Below are positions 10,175 to 19,544 of a DNA stretch of 64,000 bases, one piece after another. Numbering within the stretch: the stretch's first letter is position 1; every line of letters starts with the position of its first letter. Origin of the DNA: Candidatus Zhuqueibacterota bacterium (GTDB lineage: Bacteria; Zhuqueibacterota; Zhuqueibacteria; Thermofontimicrobiales; Thermofontimicrobiaceae); contig JBMOPW010000020.1 in the NCBI GenBank assembly GCA_049322915.1, forward strand, positions 238,006 to 302,005, read 5' to 3'. The position numbers and the translations under genes were made by a program. The notes beneath the pieces were generated by a model that made no database searches, had not been told where the DNA came from, and saw only the letters and a list, made by a program, of their open reading frames with translations.

Positions 10175-11059
10175 ATGAAGAAACTGCTCATCACTGGCGG
10201 GAGCGGATTTGTAGGCACGTTTGTGACGGAGCTTGCCGCTCCCGGATATGAAGTTTATTCGCTGTACTCACAGCATGTGCCCGGTCATCGAAAAGCGACA
10301 TTGATTCAGGTCAATTTCACCAATCCGGATCAGCTCCACCAGGTGCTGGCGCGCGTGAGGCCTGATATCATTCTGCACACTGCCGCTATTTCCAAGCCGG
10401 ACGCCTGCGAAGCGGATCGGGACAGGACGGTGCAGGTGAATATCCAGGCGACGGTCAGTCTGGCTGACTGGGCCAGAGCCAATGGGGCGCGAATGATTTT
10501 CACATCGTCGGATCTGGTTTTCGATGGTCGGCGCGGACATTACAGTGAGGACGATGCGACCAATCCGATCAGTTTTTACGGGGAGACAAAAGCGCGCGCC
10601 GAACAGTTACTGTCGGCTATGGACTTCAACTGCGCTTTGGTGCGACTCGCCCTGGTTTACGGCATCGGTCAGTTGCACCAGGAGAATTTCTTCCACCAGA
10701 TGGTGAATCAATTGCGGGCCGGGAAGTCCGTCAATCTTTTTTATGATCAATTCCGAACGCCCATCTCTGGCATCACCTTAGCCGAAGCATTGCTCGAATT
10801 GGCTGAGAGCGATTTCACCGGCATTCTGCACGTGGGGGGCAGCGAGCGGATCAGCCGTTGGGACTTTGGTCTGAAAGCGTGCGCCATCCTGAACCTTCCG
10901 ACGGATACACTGCAACGCACGTCCATGTTCGATTTCCCATCCGCGGCGTCGCGTCCCCAGGATGTTTCCATGAATACAACCCTGGCGCAGCGCGTGCTGC
11001 GCACAAAACTGCTCGATTGCACCGAAGGCTTGCAGCGTGTGAAGTCTGCATTGCCATAG
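10175..11059 (+). CDS. RmlD/RfbD-like extended SDR oxidoreductase (dTDP-4-dehydrorhamnose reductase family)
   Basis: ITGGSGFVG Rossmann motif, HTAA, TSSDLVFDG, YGETK (YxxxK), DQFRTP. Confidence 0.85.
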   Translation: MKKLLITGGSGFVGTFVTELAAPGYEVYSLYSQHVPGHRKATLIQVNFTNPDQLHQVLARVRPDIILHTAAISKPDACEADRDRTVQVNIQATVSLADWARANGARMIFTSSDLVFDGRRGHYSEDDATNPISFYGETKARAEQLLSAMDFNCALVRLALVYGIGQLHQENFFHQMVNQLRAGKSVNLFYDQFRTPISGITLAEALLELAESDFTGILHVGGSERISRWDFGLKACAILNLPTDTLQRTSMFDFPSAASRPQDVSMNTTLAQRVLRTKLLDCTEGLQRVKSALP

Positions 11060-11075
11060 AACATCGATTTTATTC

Positions 11076-11104
11076 TTGCTTTTTTGACGCGGTTTCTTTA
11101 TAAT
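11076..11104 (+). promoter_or_regulatory. sigma70-type promoter for the MFS gene
   Basis: TTGCTT-N17-TATAAT. Confidence 0.6.
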
Positions 11105-11192
11105 AGCGGTGCATGAAACGATTCATCACGTAAAAACATCCTTCCTAAATTCCCTGATCATCGTATCTATTTCATTTAGCTGGAGCAATTTC

Positions 11193-12587
11193 ATGACTCA
11201 AAACTTGCTGGACAAACCAGTTCACAGTCGCGAATTTCGCATCCGCCGATTCCTGAACTGGTTCCCCATGGGTCTGACCTATGCGTTTCTCTATATGGGG
11301 CGCTACAATTTAACGGTTTCCAAGAATGCCCTCGGCGACCTCATGTCGAAAGCTGATTTCGGCGTCATCTTCGGCGCCGGGACAATCACCTATGCGTTCG
11401 CTTTTTTAATCAACGGCCCGTTGACGGATCGCATGGGAGGCAAAATGGCCATTCTGACCGGCGCATTGGGGGCTGCATTCATGAACGCCATTCTGGGCGT
11501 GGTCACTTATCTCGTGCTGACACAGAAAGCGACTATTAATCTCGTCCTGGTCTTTTCAATTATTTACTCGCTGAATATGTATTTCCAGAGCTTCGGCGCC
11601 GTGGCTATTGTGAAAGTGAACTCGTCGTGGTTCCATGTGCGCGAGCGCGGCGTATTCGGGGGAATCTTCGGCGTGCTCATCTCACTGGGCATTTATTTCG
11701 CATTCGATTGGGGCACAGCGATCGTCGAAGCAACGCGCGCCACGCTGACCACGGATTTGAATTTCATTCAGACCGGGCTGCGAAATCTGATCGGCGTGAC
11801 AGGATCGACCGTTGACCAGACCTGGTGGGTGTTCTTCATCCCTGCCATTCTGTTATTTGTGTTCTTCATATTCGAAATTTTTCTGCTCAGAGATACGCCG
11901 TCTCAGGCCGGGCTACGGGATTTCGATACGGCCGACGCCTCGTCCGGCGAGGACGAAGGAAAGTATCAACTCCGTTTGCTTCTCAAAAAAATTCTGACCA
12001 ATAAAATCATCATCACCGTCGCGGTCATTGAGTTTTGTACCGGCGTTCTACGGCAGGGCATCATGCACTGGTATCTCATTTTCACCAACGAGACCGGGCT
12101 CAGCGCCGAACATTTCATGCGCGCGCATTGGGGCCTCATTCTCATGCTGACCGGTTCTTTAGGCGGTATCTTCGCCGGATTTGTCTCTGACAAGATTTTT
12201 GGCTCGCGGCGCGGGCCCGTGGCTGCGCTGTTTTACGGCATGATGATTGTGCTGACTGCAGCCATGGGGTTTGTCCTGGACATGAATCCCTTTGTCCTGG
12301 GCGCGATTGTTTCGCTCATTTCACTGGCAGTGATTGGCACCCACGGCATGCTCTCCGGCACAGCGACTATGGATTTCGGCGGACGAAAAGGCGCGGCTAC
12401 CGCTGTCGGCCTGATCGATGGATTCGTCTATCTGGGAACCGGATTTCAATCAATTTGTCTGAGCCAACTTGTCACCATCAGTTGGAGTTACTGGGCGCCG
12501 TTTCTTGTCCCATTCGCCATCATCGGATTCATTCTGGCGATTAAAATCTGGCACGCCTACCCGCAGGGAAAACAAAAAGGCCATTAA
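11193..12587 (+). CDS. MFS transporter, GlpT/UhpT (organophosphate:Pi antiporter)-like
   Basis: GGAG RBS before ATG 11193; about 12 hydrophobic segments; YAFLYMGRYN, GPLTDRMG, SWFHVRERG, GFVSDKIFGSRRGP motifs. Confidence 0.85.
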   Translation: MTQNLLDKPVHSREFRIRRFLNWFPMGLTYAFLYMGRYNLTVSKNALGDLMSKADFGVIFGAGTITYAFAFLINGPLTDRMGGKMAILTGALGAAFMNAILGVVTYLVLTQKATINLVLVFSIIYSLNMYFQSFGAVAIVKVNSSWFHVRERGVFGGIFGVLISLGIYFAFDWGTAIVEATRATLTTDLNFIQTGLRNLIGVTGSTVDQTWWVFFIPAILLFVFFIFEIFLLRDTPSQAGLRDFDTADASSGEDEGKYQLRLLLKKILTNKIIITVAVIEFCTGVLRQGIMHWYLIFTNETGLSAEHFMRAHWGLILMLTGSLGGIFAGFVSDKIFGSRRGPVAALFYGMMIVLTAAMGFVLDMNPFVLGAIVSLISLAVIGTHGMLSGTATMDFGGRKGAATAVGLIDGFVYLGTGFQSICLSQLVTISWSYWAPFLVPFAIIGFILAIKIWHAYPQGKQKGH

Positions 12588-12610
12588 CTTTTAACTGAAG
12601 GAGCGCTTTC

Positions 12611-13324
12611 ATGAATTTCTTTGAAATTATCATCCTCACGGCTCGCCCGGCCTCGGGCAAATCTGAAGTCATTGACTATTTGAAAAAGACAGAAGTGGAA
12701 ACCCGAAAGCAGCGGTTTCATATAGCTGAATTCGATGAGATCGATGACTTCCCATTTGTGTGGGATACCTTTGTCATCGATGATATTCTGACCCGGCATG
12801 GCAGACCCCGCCTGTTCACCAACGAAGATTATTATTTCAACGACCCATTTGTGTGGAATTTATTCATCGAAAAGATCAATGTCGCCTACGCCAAGAAACT
12901 GGCCTATAACCCCAATTATCACAAAACCCACAGCGCCATCATCGAGTTCGCGCGCGGCGGTGAAAATGGCATTGGCGAAGCGCTGTCCTATTTGAGCGCC
13001 GATATCCTCAGTCGGGCGGGCATTGTGTACATCGATGTTTCGTACGAAGAGTCAGTTCGAAAAAACCGGGCGCGGGCACGAAAAGGCCAGGAGGATTCTA
13101 TCCTGTTTCATTCATTGCCGGATGAAAAAATGGAGTTTTATTATAAGACAAATGACTGGAAAAAATTGACGGGCGCGGATCCTGAATTCATCAACGTGAA
13201 GGGAATCAATGTGCCGTACTCGGTCTTTCGCAATGAACCGGACGTGACCACGCGCGGCGGTGAGCCGCTGGGCAAAGCGCTGGAGGATACGCTCGGCCGA
13301 CTGTGGAAAATCAAAAATAAATAG
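12611..13324 (+). CDS. Uncharacterised P-loop NTPase / nucleoside-monophosphate-kinase-like protein
   Basis: Walker A-like ILTARPASGKSE near the N-terminus; lid-like EESVRKNRAR; AAGGAG RBS. Confidence 0.7.
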   Translation: MNFFEIIILTARPASGKSEVIDYLKKTEVETRKQRFHIAEFDEIDDFPFVWDTFVIDDILTRHGRPRLFTNEDYYFNDPFVWNLFIEKINVAYAKKLAYNPNYHKTHSAIIEFARGGENGIGEALSYLSADILSRAGIVYIDVSYEESVRKNRARARKGQEDSILFHSLPDEKMEFYYKTNDWKKLTGADPEFINVKGINVPYSVFRNEPDVTTRGGEPLGKALEDTLGRLWKIKNK

Positions 13325-13344
13325 TCTGTTCGCCGGAATAAAAT

Positions 13345-13379
13345 AAAAGTGCACGACGGGTTTTGCCGTGCACTTTTTT
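13345..13379. terminator. Bidirectional Rho-independent terminator between convergent genes
   Basis: AAAAGTGCACG-loop-CGTGCACTTTTTT. Confidence 0.75.
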
Positions 13380-13549
13380 CATTTCTGAATCGGTGGATGA
13401 TACCGGCGTGGCTCCACTGTTCCGGGAGTCACTGGCCTGCCACAGGCAGTAACGCAGATAACTTTCACACCCTGCTGCAGCGGACGCCGATGGCCGGCGC
13501 GATGAGCATGACAGCCTCTTTCCCGATGAGTCGTCATCGGAGCGGGACA

Positions 13550-15076
13550 TCACTTCATGCGAATTCGGCCTTCGATTTTCGAATCAATTTTTTTCTGCTG
13601 CTCAATGGCCTTCACCACGACTTCCGTGAGAGGGATCATCAGATCGATCACTTTTTCAGGTTTGGAATACAGGTATTTTTCGTAATTGGCGAGGACAAAA
13701 TCCACGGTTGCCCCGGTGTAGATTCGCTGCGGATCGATCTTCTTGCCATTGACATGAGCCTTGAGTATTTTTATCGAACCATCGCCCTTTTTTTCGATGG
13801 CAATGGTAAGCCCTGAAACTTGCAGGATTCCGCCTTGCTTGTCCATGGCCGCTAGGGCGTTGTTATGAATCACGTTCAACAGATTCGCGCCGGTCATTTC
13901 AAATTTGCACAGCGAATTATTGAACGGCAGGATGTTTTTGATATCCAGCTTTTTAATCACCCCGCTATCCAGATCCCGGCGAATGCCGCCGCTGTTGATC
14001 ACCGCAAAATCGGCCTCGCAGTAGGTCCGAATGCAGTCCGCGATGAAATTGCCGATATTACTTTCCCCTTCAGAATTGCGATGCCACGGCGCGACCAGTT
14101 CGCCAATGACGCGATCGTATTCCGCATTGATCTGGTTCTCGTAGATGGCAATCTCTTTCTGCAGCGAGGAATCGGGCGCGACACCCTCATTTTCGAGAGG
14201 AATGAGTTCGTAGGTGAACTGCTGAACCGTGTCAGCGGCAACCGTGACGTCGATATGTCCCAGGTTCATGCAGTTGCTGCCGGCCTGAACTATGTATTTT
14301 CCATTGACACGAACCGGCTCTTTCAGCCGGGAATGGCTGTGTCCGCCGATGATGATGTCCACCGCCGGGCCGACATTAGAAGCCATCTCATAGTCAGCGT
14401 CCAGCCCGCGGTGACTGAGGACAATGATGAGATCGGTCAGCGGGTCGATGACTTGGGCGAGCGAATCCACGATGGGAATCGCCGGACGGACGATAACCTG
14501 GTTGCGCTGCGGCATGTTGATGTAATCTTTCAGATCGTCCACGATGACGCCGATGACTCCGATTTTCAAATCCGCTTTCGTGAAAATGACGTAGGGTTTC
14601 TCGGTGAATAACGCGCCGTCTTCGGTGAACAGATTGGCCGAGACCACCGGAAAATTACACAGGCGAATCAGGTTGCGGACGTTGGCCACAGAAATGTCGA
14701 ACTCATGATTCCCCAGGGTCATGCCATAGTATTTCATGTAATTGAAAAAATGAATCAACGCGCCGCCCCTGGCGCTGTCCACCTCGATGTCTGAAATGGG
14801 ATTGCCGGTCATAAAATCGCCGGCATCCAGCAGCAGGAGTTGAGGCTGCTCCGCTCTGAATTTACTGATGTAATGGTTGAGCGCCTGCACTCCGCCCACC
14901 CATCGCGTGCCGCCCTGGGGTTCTTTCGATTTGATGGAGACAGGGACGAATCCCGCGTGGATGTCATTCGTGTGTAGAATCGTAATCGTTTTTCTGGACG
15001 AGTCGGTACCATAACAGGACTGGAACAGCGCCAGCGTGAGGATGATTGTTGTAATCAGATTGTTTTTTATTTTCAT
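13550..15076 (-). CDS. Bifunctional metallophosphatase / 5'-nucleotidase (exported, possible lipoprotein)
   Basis: LHTNDIH, DAGDF, LGNHEFD, LSH, GGHSH and NSGGIR motifs; signal peptide with FQSC. Confidence 0.92.
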   Translation of the reverse strand: MKIKNNLITTIILTLALFQSCYGTDSSRKTITILHTNDIHAGFVPVSIKSKEPQGGTRWVGGVQALNHYISKFRAEQPQLLLLDAGDFMTGNPISDIEVDSARGGALIHFFNYMKYYGMTLGNHEFDISVANVRNLIRLCNFPVVSANLFTEDGALFTEKPYVIFTKADLKIGVIGVIVDDLKDYINMPQRNQVIVRPAIPIVDSLAQVIDPLTDLIIVLSHRGLDADYEMASNVGPAVDIIIGGHSHSRLKEPVRVNGKYIVQAGSNCMNLGHIDVTVAADTVQQFTYELIPLENEGVAPDSSLQKEIAIYENQINAEYDRVIGELVAPWHRNSEGESNIGNFIADCIRTYCEADFAVINSGGIRRDLDSGVIKKLDIKNILPFNNSLCKFEMTGANLLNVIHNNALAAMDKQGGILQVSGLTIAIEKKGDGSIKILKAHVNGKKIDPQRIYTGATVDFVLANYEKYLYSKPEKVIDLMIPLTEVVVKAIEQQKKIDSKIEGRIRMK

Positions 15077-15129
15077 GACGACCACCTGGAAGTGTTTTTT
15101 GAATAGTATGGAATTAGCGCGTGCGGAGC

Positions 15130-15158
15130 AATGTATACAAATAATTGAAAAAAATCAA
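15130..15158 (-). promoter_or_regulatory. sigma70-type promoter for the 5'-nucleotidase
   Basis: Minus strand TTGATT-N17-TACATT. Confidence 0.5.
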
Positions 15159-15315
15159 GCACTTTGTAACATGGTCTGAGAAGGCGAAACCGGATCATAA
15201 AAAGGAAATTTTATCATTGATTCTGATTTTCAAAATTAATATCTTGTGACTATCGAAAATTTTATTGTACACATCATGGAAAATTGACGATTCAATAAAA
15301 ATTGCGGAGCGGTCT

Positions 15316-15618
15316 ATGGTCAAACATATTGTCATGTGGCAACTGCACGAACATGCGGAAGGGCGTTCAAAACTGGAAAATGCAAATCGGGTGAAGGCGA
15401 GGCTGGAGGCACTAGCAGAATCGATACCGGAGATAAAATTGCTGGAAGTGGGATTGAATATCACGTCGGACCCGGATGCCTGCGATATCGTCCTTTATTC
15501 CGAATTCGACAGCCGCGAAGATTTACAGACCTACCAGGACCACCCGGACCACGTTGCGTTCAAGAAATTTATTCAGCCCATTCGATCCGAAAAGCGAGTG
15601 ATAGACTATCTCATTTGA
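15316..15618 (+). CDS. Dabb family (stress-responsive A/B barrel) protein
   Basis: GGAG RBS; MVKHIVMWQL...IPEIKLLEVG...DIVLYSEFDSREDLQTYQDHPDH...VIDY. Confidence 0.88.
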   Translation: MVKHIVMWQLHEHAEGRSKLENANRVKARLEALAESIPEIKLLEVGLNITSDPDACDIVLYSEFDSREDLQTYQDHPDHVAFKKFIQPIRSEKRVIDYLI

Positions 15619-15689
15619 ACCGCTCTGTGCCATGTACTGAGCAGATGTGCGGACGAATTTTAAAATACATCAAAGGGAGGATGAAAACC

Positions 15690-16652
15690 ATGCCACTGCT
15701 GTTTGATATGCCTTTGGAAGAGTTGTACACTTATGCCGGCTGCAATCCACGACCGGATGACTTTGATCAATTCTGGGATTCGGGATTGGAGGAGATGCAT
15801 TCCATTGAGCCGAAAATTGAACTGGTCCATGCGAAGTTTCAGACGTCATTTGCCGAGTGTATGGATTTATACTTCACCGGCGTTGGCGGCGCGAGAATAC
15901 ATGCGAAATTTATTCATCCGCGCAATGCAAAAAAGCCGCATCCGGCAGTGCTGATCTTCCACGGGTACGCGGGCAATTCCGGCGACTGGACGGACAAGTT
16001 AGGGTATGCAGCGCTGGGCTACACCGTGGCGGCGTTGGATTGTCGCGGCCAGGGCGGGAAATCCGAGGACAAAGGCGGCGTATTTGGCCACACATTGAAC
16101 GGACACATTATCCGCGGGTTGGACGATGTGCCGGAGAAGATGCTGTACCGGCAAATCATGCTGGATACGGCGCAATTGGCGGGCATTGTCATGGCCATGC
16201 CGGACGTGGATGAGAATCGCGTCGGCGCCCTGGGCGGCAGTCAGGGTGGCGCTTTGACTCTGGCCTGCGCCGCGCTGGAGCCGCGCATTAATCGCGCCGC
16301 GCCGGTGTTCCCGTTCCTCTCGGATTACAAACGCGTGTGGCAACTCGACCTGGCGGAACGCGCCTATGCCGAGCTGAAGGAGTACTTCCGTAAATTCGAT
16401 CCGCTGCATCAGCACGAGGAGTGGGTATTCACGCGATTGGGCTACATCGATATCCAGCACCTCTGTCCGCGCATTGCCGGCGAGGTGTTCCTGGGCGTCG
16501 GCCTGATGGATACAATTTGCCCGCCATCGACCCAATTCGCTGCCTACAACAAAATCACAGCGAAGAAATCGCTGGCCATTTATCCTGATTTTGGCCATGA
16601 AGAGTTGCCCGGTCATGCGGACAGCGTGTTTCAATTCATGGCAGAAATGTAA
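15690..16652 (+). CDS. Acetylxylan esterase / cephalosporin-C deacetylase (CE7, AXE1)
   Basis: GGGAGG RBS; PDDFDQFW, FHGY, DCRGQGG, nucleophile GGSQGG, DTICPPSTQFAAYN, YPDFGHE. Confidence 0.92.
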   Translation: MPLLFDMPLEELYTYAGCNPRPDDFDQFWDSGLEEMHSIEPKIELVHAKFQTSFAECMDLYFTGVGGARIHAKFIHPRNAKKPHPAVLIFHGYAGNSGDWTDKLGYAALGYTVAALDCRGQGGKSEDKGGVFGHTLNGHIIRGLDDVPEKMLYRQIMLDTAQLAGIVMAMPDVDENRVGALGGSQGGALTLACAALEPRINRAAPVFPFLSDYKRVWQLDLAERAYAELKEYFRKFDPLHQHEEWVFTRLGYIDIQHLCPRIAGEVFLGVGLMDTICPPSTQFAAYNKITAKKSLAIYPDFGHEELPGHADSVFQFMAEM

Positions 16653-16898
16653 TGTCGAACGGAGACGCTGCCGCTGAAAACGCTGCATCACGATGGGTCG
16701 ATTTTGCAGGGAGCGGTTTTTTATGCGGAGCGAATCATACCGGCGCGGTTCAGTCGCACGGTTCATGGACAGCGCCATTGCTTCAGATTTGAACAGAATT
16801 TCAGACTCTTTAAAAATATGAGAAATGCGGGACGCATGGTTTTTCATTCGAACTTTGTATCGAACAGACAGTGACCTACTTATTGAAAGGAAAATGGC

Positions 16899-17579
16899 AT
16901 GGTGCATGATCTGAACTCGCTTTTAAAATTAATGGGAGAGGTGTTCAAAGCGCACCCCTGGCATGGCATTTCCATTGGCGACGGCCAGCCCAAAGTTGTG
17001 ACGGCGTACATCGAGCTCGTGCCGGAGGATACGGTAAAATATGAATTGGACAAAGAAAGCGGCTTGCTCAAAGTGGATCGGCCGCAGGTGTACTCCAACA
17101 TTTGTCCCACCCTGTACGGGTTGATTCCCCAGACCTATTGCGGTGAAAAAATTGCCGAATTCTGCCAGCAGAAAACCGGGCGGCAGCACATTGTGGGTGA
17201 TGGCGATCCGCTCGATATTTGTGTCTTCTCTGAAAAGCTCATTCCCCACGGCGACGTGATTTTGCAGGCGCGGCCGGTCGGTGGTTTGCGCATGATCGAC
17301 CACGGCGAAGCGGATGACAAAATTATCGCTGTCATGAAAAATGACGCTGTGTTCGAGGAATGGGACGATATCACCGACTGCCCCAACAAAGTCATCGAGC
17401 GATTGAAGCATTATTTTCTGACCTACAAACAAGCGCCGGGCAGCTCGCTGACCGATTGCGAAATCACAGATGTCTATAATAAACAGGAAGCCTATGAGAT
17501 CATCCGGCGTGGGTATGAAGATTACCGGTCAAAATTCCCGGAAATAGAAAACGTGATGTCCACGATGTTGCGCCGATGA
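16899..17579 (+). CDS. ppa: Soluble family I inorganic pyrophosphatase
   Basis: AHPWHG, VKYELDKESG..VDR, YGLIPQT, GDGDPLDI, DHGEADDKIIAV, HYFLTYK. Confidence 0.93.
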   Translation: MVHDLNSLLKLMGEVFKAHPWHGISIGDGQPKVVTAYIELVPEDTVKYELDKESGLLKVDRPQVYSNICPTLYGLIPQTYCGEKIAEFCQQKTGRQHIVGDGDPLDICVFSEKLIPHGDVILQARPVGGLRMIDHGEADDKIIAVMKNDAVFEEWDDITDCPNKVIERLKHYFLTYKQAPGSSLTDCEITDVYNKQEAYEIIRRGYEDYRSKFPEIENVMSTMLRR

Positions 17580-17704
17580 TTTTTAAAAGGATAAAATCCA
17601 ATGGCTGGTGGGCGTTCTTTCCTGCATTGGAACGGATTGAAAAATATATTATCAACAATCCGATAAAATGGTCGAATGATAGATTTCGCGCGCCGCGAAG
17701 ATGA
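17576..17704 (+). pseudogene. C-terminal remnant of a REP-associated tyrosine (Y1/RAYT) transposase
   Basis: 42-codon ORF (ATGA overlap with ppa stop) ending ALERIEKYIINNPIKWSNDRF, resembling the catalytic-Tyr YIxxNPxxW segment of RAYT/IS200-like proteins; no HUH motif. Confidence 0.55.
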
Positions 17705-17860
17705 ATAGGAATAAACAGAAACCGAATCGCCTCTCTCTGGGTGGAATTTCGCGTATCTATTTCGCGGCTGAAATTCGAATAGTTGAAGGAAAGCAAGAGT
17801 AAATACTTATTTACAAATAGGGGTTATCTATTTATAATTCGAAATAATTAAGGAACCTGA

Positions 17861-19324
17861 ATGAACGCCTGGACATGGAATATTCAAAATGAAGATTTTC
17901 TTCAACGAACCATAAAAAGATGCCGCAGACAAAATATTATCCTCCCAACATTTCATCAACTCAGGCACCCTGATACGATTCCGCAGGAAATACAGGCCGG
18001 ACTGGATTCAGTGAACATGCATGACCTGCATCCGCTCAATCTGTTCCGGATCAACTGGTGCAATGATCCCGCACATGGTCGGTTCGCCGGCATCAATTAT
18101 CTGGAAATTCCCCGGCAAATCACCGGCGTTGACGCGCGGATCATCGGATTGGTGGGCAAACATTTCCCAACCGGAGCGCACAAAGTCGGGGCGACCTATG
18201 GCTGTCTCGCGCCGTATCTGGTCACCGGCCGCTTCGATCCGGAATACCACAAAGCGGTCTGGCCATCCACCGGTAACTACTGCCGCGGCGGCGTGTTCAA
18301 TTCCAATTTGCTGTCGGTGCACTCTGTCGCCATTCTGCCGGAAGAAATGAGCCAGGAGCGTTTCGACTGGCTGCGCGAGCGCGCCGCCGAAGTATACGCC
18401 ACGCCGGGCTGCGAGAGCAATGTCAAGGAAATTTACGACAAGTGTCACGAGTTGGAGGCCCTGAGCGACGAGTATTTGATCTTCAACCAGTTCGATCAGT
18501 TCGGCAATGCTGTGTGGCATTACGAAATCACCGGCTTCACCATCGAGTCGCTGTTCGAGCAGGTGCGGGAGAGCAAGCAGCGCATGAGCGGGTATGTCAG
18601 CGCGACCGGCTCGGCCGGAACCATTGCCGCCGGAGATTATCTGCGCACGAAATTCCCGCACGTGAAAGTTCTGGCCACTGAAGCAAAGCAATGCCCCACG
18701 CTGCTGATGAACGGATTTGGCGGCCATCGCATCGAGGGCATCGGCGATAAACACGTGCCCTGGATTCACAACGTGAAAAACCTGGATGCCGTCGCTGCCA
18801 TCGATGATGAGCAAACGCTCCGAATTTTACGGTTGTTCAACGAGACAGCCGGCCAGGAATGGCTGATGCAGCAGGGCGTTCCCGGCGAGGAGGTCGGGAA
18901 ACTGCCGCTGCTGGGGATATCCTCCATCTGCAATGTGCTCAGCGCGGTGAAATTAGCCAAATATTTTGAGTACAATGAAAATGATGTCATCTTCACCATT
19001 TTCACGGATTCTGTGGAATTGTACCGCTCGCGGCTGGAGGAGATGCGGACTGCCCGGGGCGAATACACGAGTCGGCAAGCCGAAGTCGACTGGACCAGCA
19101 TTTTCAAAAATGCCGGTATCGACTATTTCAAAGAGCTATCGTATTTCGATAAAAAAGCGATCCATAATTTGAAGTATTTCACCTGGGTGGAACAGCAGGG
19201 CAAGGAAGTGGAGGAACTCAACGCCCAGTGGTATGACGAAAGTTACTGGCCTGAGCGATTTTCCATTGCGCCGCAATGGGATAAGTTTATCACTGAATTC
19301 AATGTAAATGTTGGATTGCTGTAA
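17861..19324 (+). CDS. PLP-dependent enzyme, fold type II (cysteine synthase/TrpB superfamily), uncharacterised subfamily
   Basis: FPTGAHKVGA (Schiff-base Lys), WPSTGNYCRGG, ATGSAGT phosphate loop, IEGIGD. Confidence 0.85.
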   Translation: MNAWTWNIQNEDFLQRTIKRCRRQNIILPTFHQLRHPDTIPQEIQAGLDSVNMHDLHPLNLFRINWCNDPAHGRFAGINYLEIPRQITGVDARIIGLVGKHFPTGAHKVGATYGCLAPYLVTGRFDPEYHKAVWPSTGNYCRGGVFNSNLLSVHSVAILPEEMSQERFDWLRERAAEVYATPGCESNVKEIYDKCHELEALSDEYLIFNQFDQFGNAVWHYEITGFTIESLFEQVRESKQRMSGYVSATGSAGTIAAGDYLRTKFPHVKVLATEAKQCPTLLMNGFGGHRIEGIGDKHVPWIHNVKNLDAVAAIDDEQTLRILRLFNETAGQEWLMQQGVPGEEVGKLPLLGISSICNVLSAVKLAKYFEYNENDVIFTIFTDSVELYRSRLEEMRTARGEYTSRQAEVDWTSIFKNAGIDYFKELSYFDKKAIHNLKYFTWVEQQGKEVEELNAQWYDESYWPERFSIAPQWDKFITEFNVNVGLL

Positions 19325-19355
19325 AGAAGATTTGTCAAAAGACAACTTTTTTAGG

Positions 19356-19515
19356 ACACTGATAAACGTTGATTAACACAGATTATTTTAAGTAAATTTT
19401 TAAAAATAATGTTATTGCCCAATTTACCAATAACTTGAATGAATTTAGAATTCGTCAAAAATTTCATTCAATTAGCCCCATGGATTTTCTTCGCGTCTTG
19501 GCGTCTTAGCGGCAA
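19356..19515. repeat. Short-period intergenic repeats (10-mer and 8-mer units) and a hairpin
   Basis: ACACTGATAA-ACGTTGATTA-ACACAGATTA at 19356-19385; TTGAATGAA...TTCATTCAA stem; CTTCGCGT-CTTGGCGT-CTTAGCGG at 19489-19512. Confidence 0.55.
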
Positions 19516-19544
19516 AACAATACGTAGAAATCGGCGAGGCCACT

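Noticed and set aside
15336..15689. N-terminal extension of the 438-aa esterase ORF
   Set aside because: Overlaps the Dabb gene in another frame; CE7 similarity and the RBS support a start at 15690
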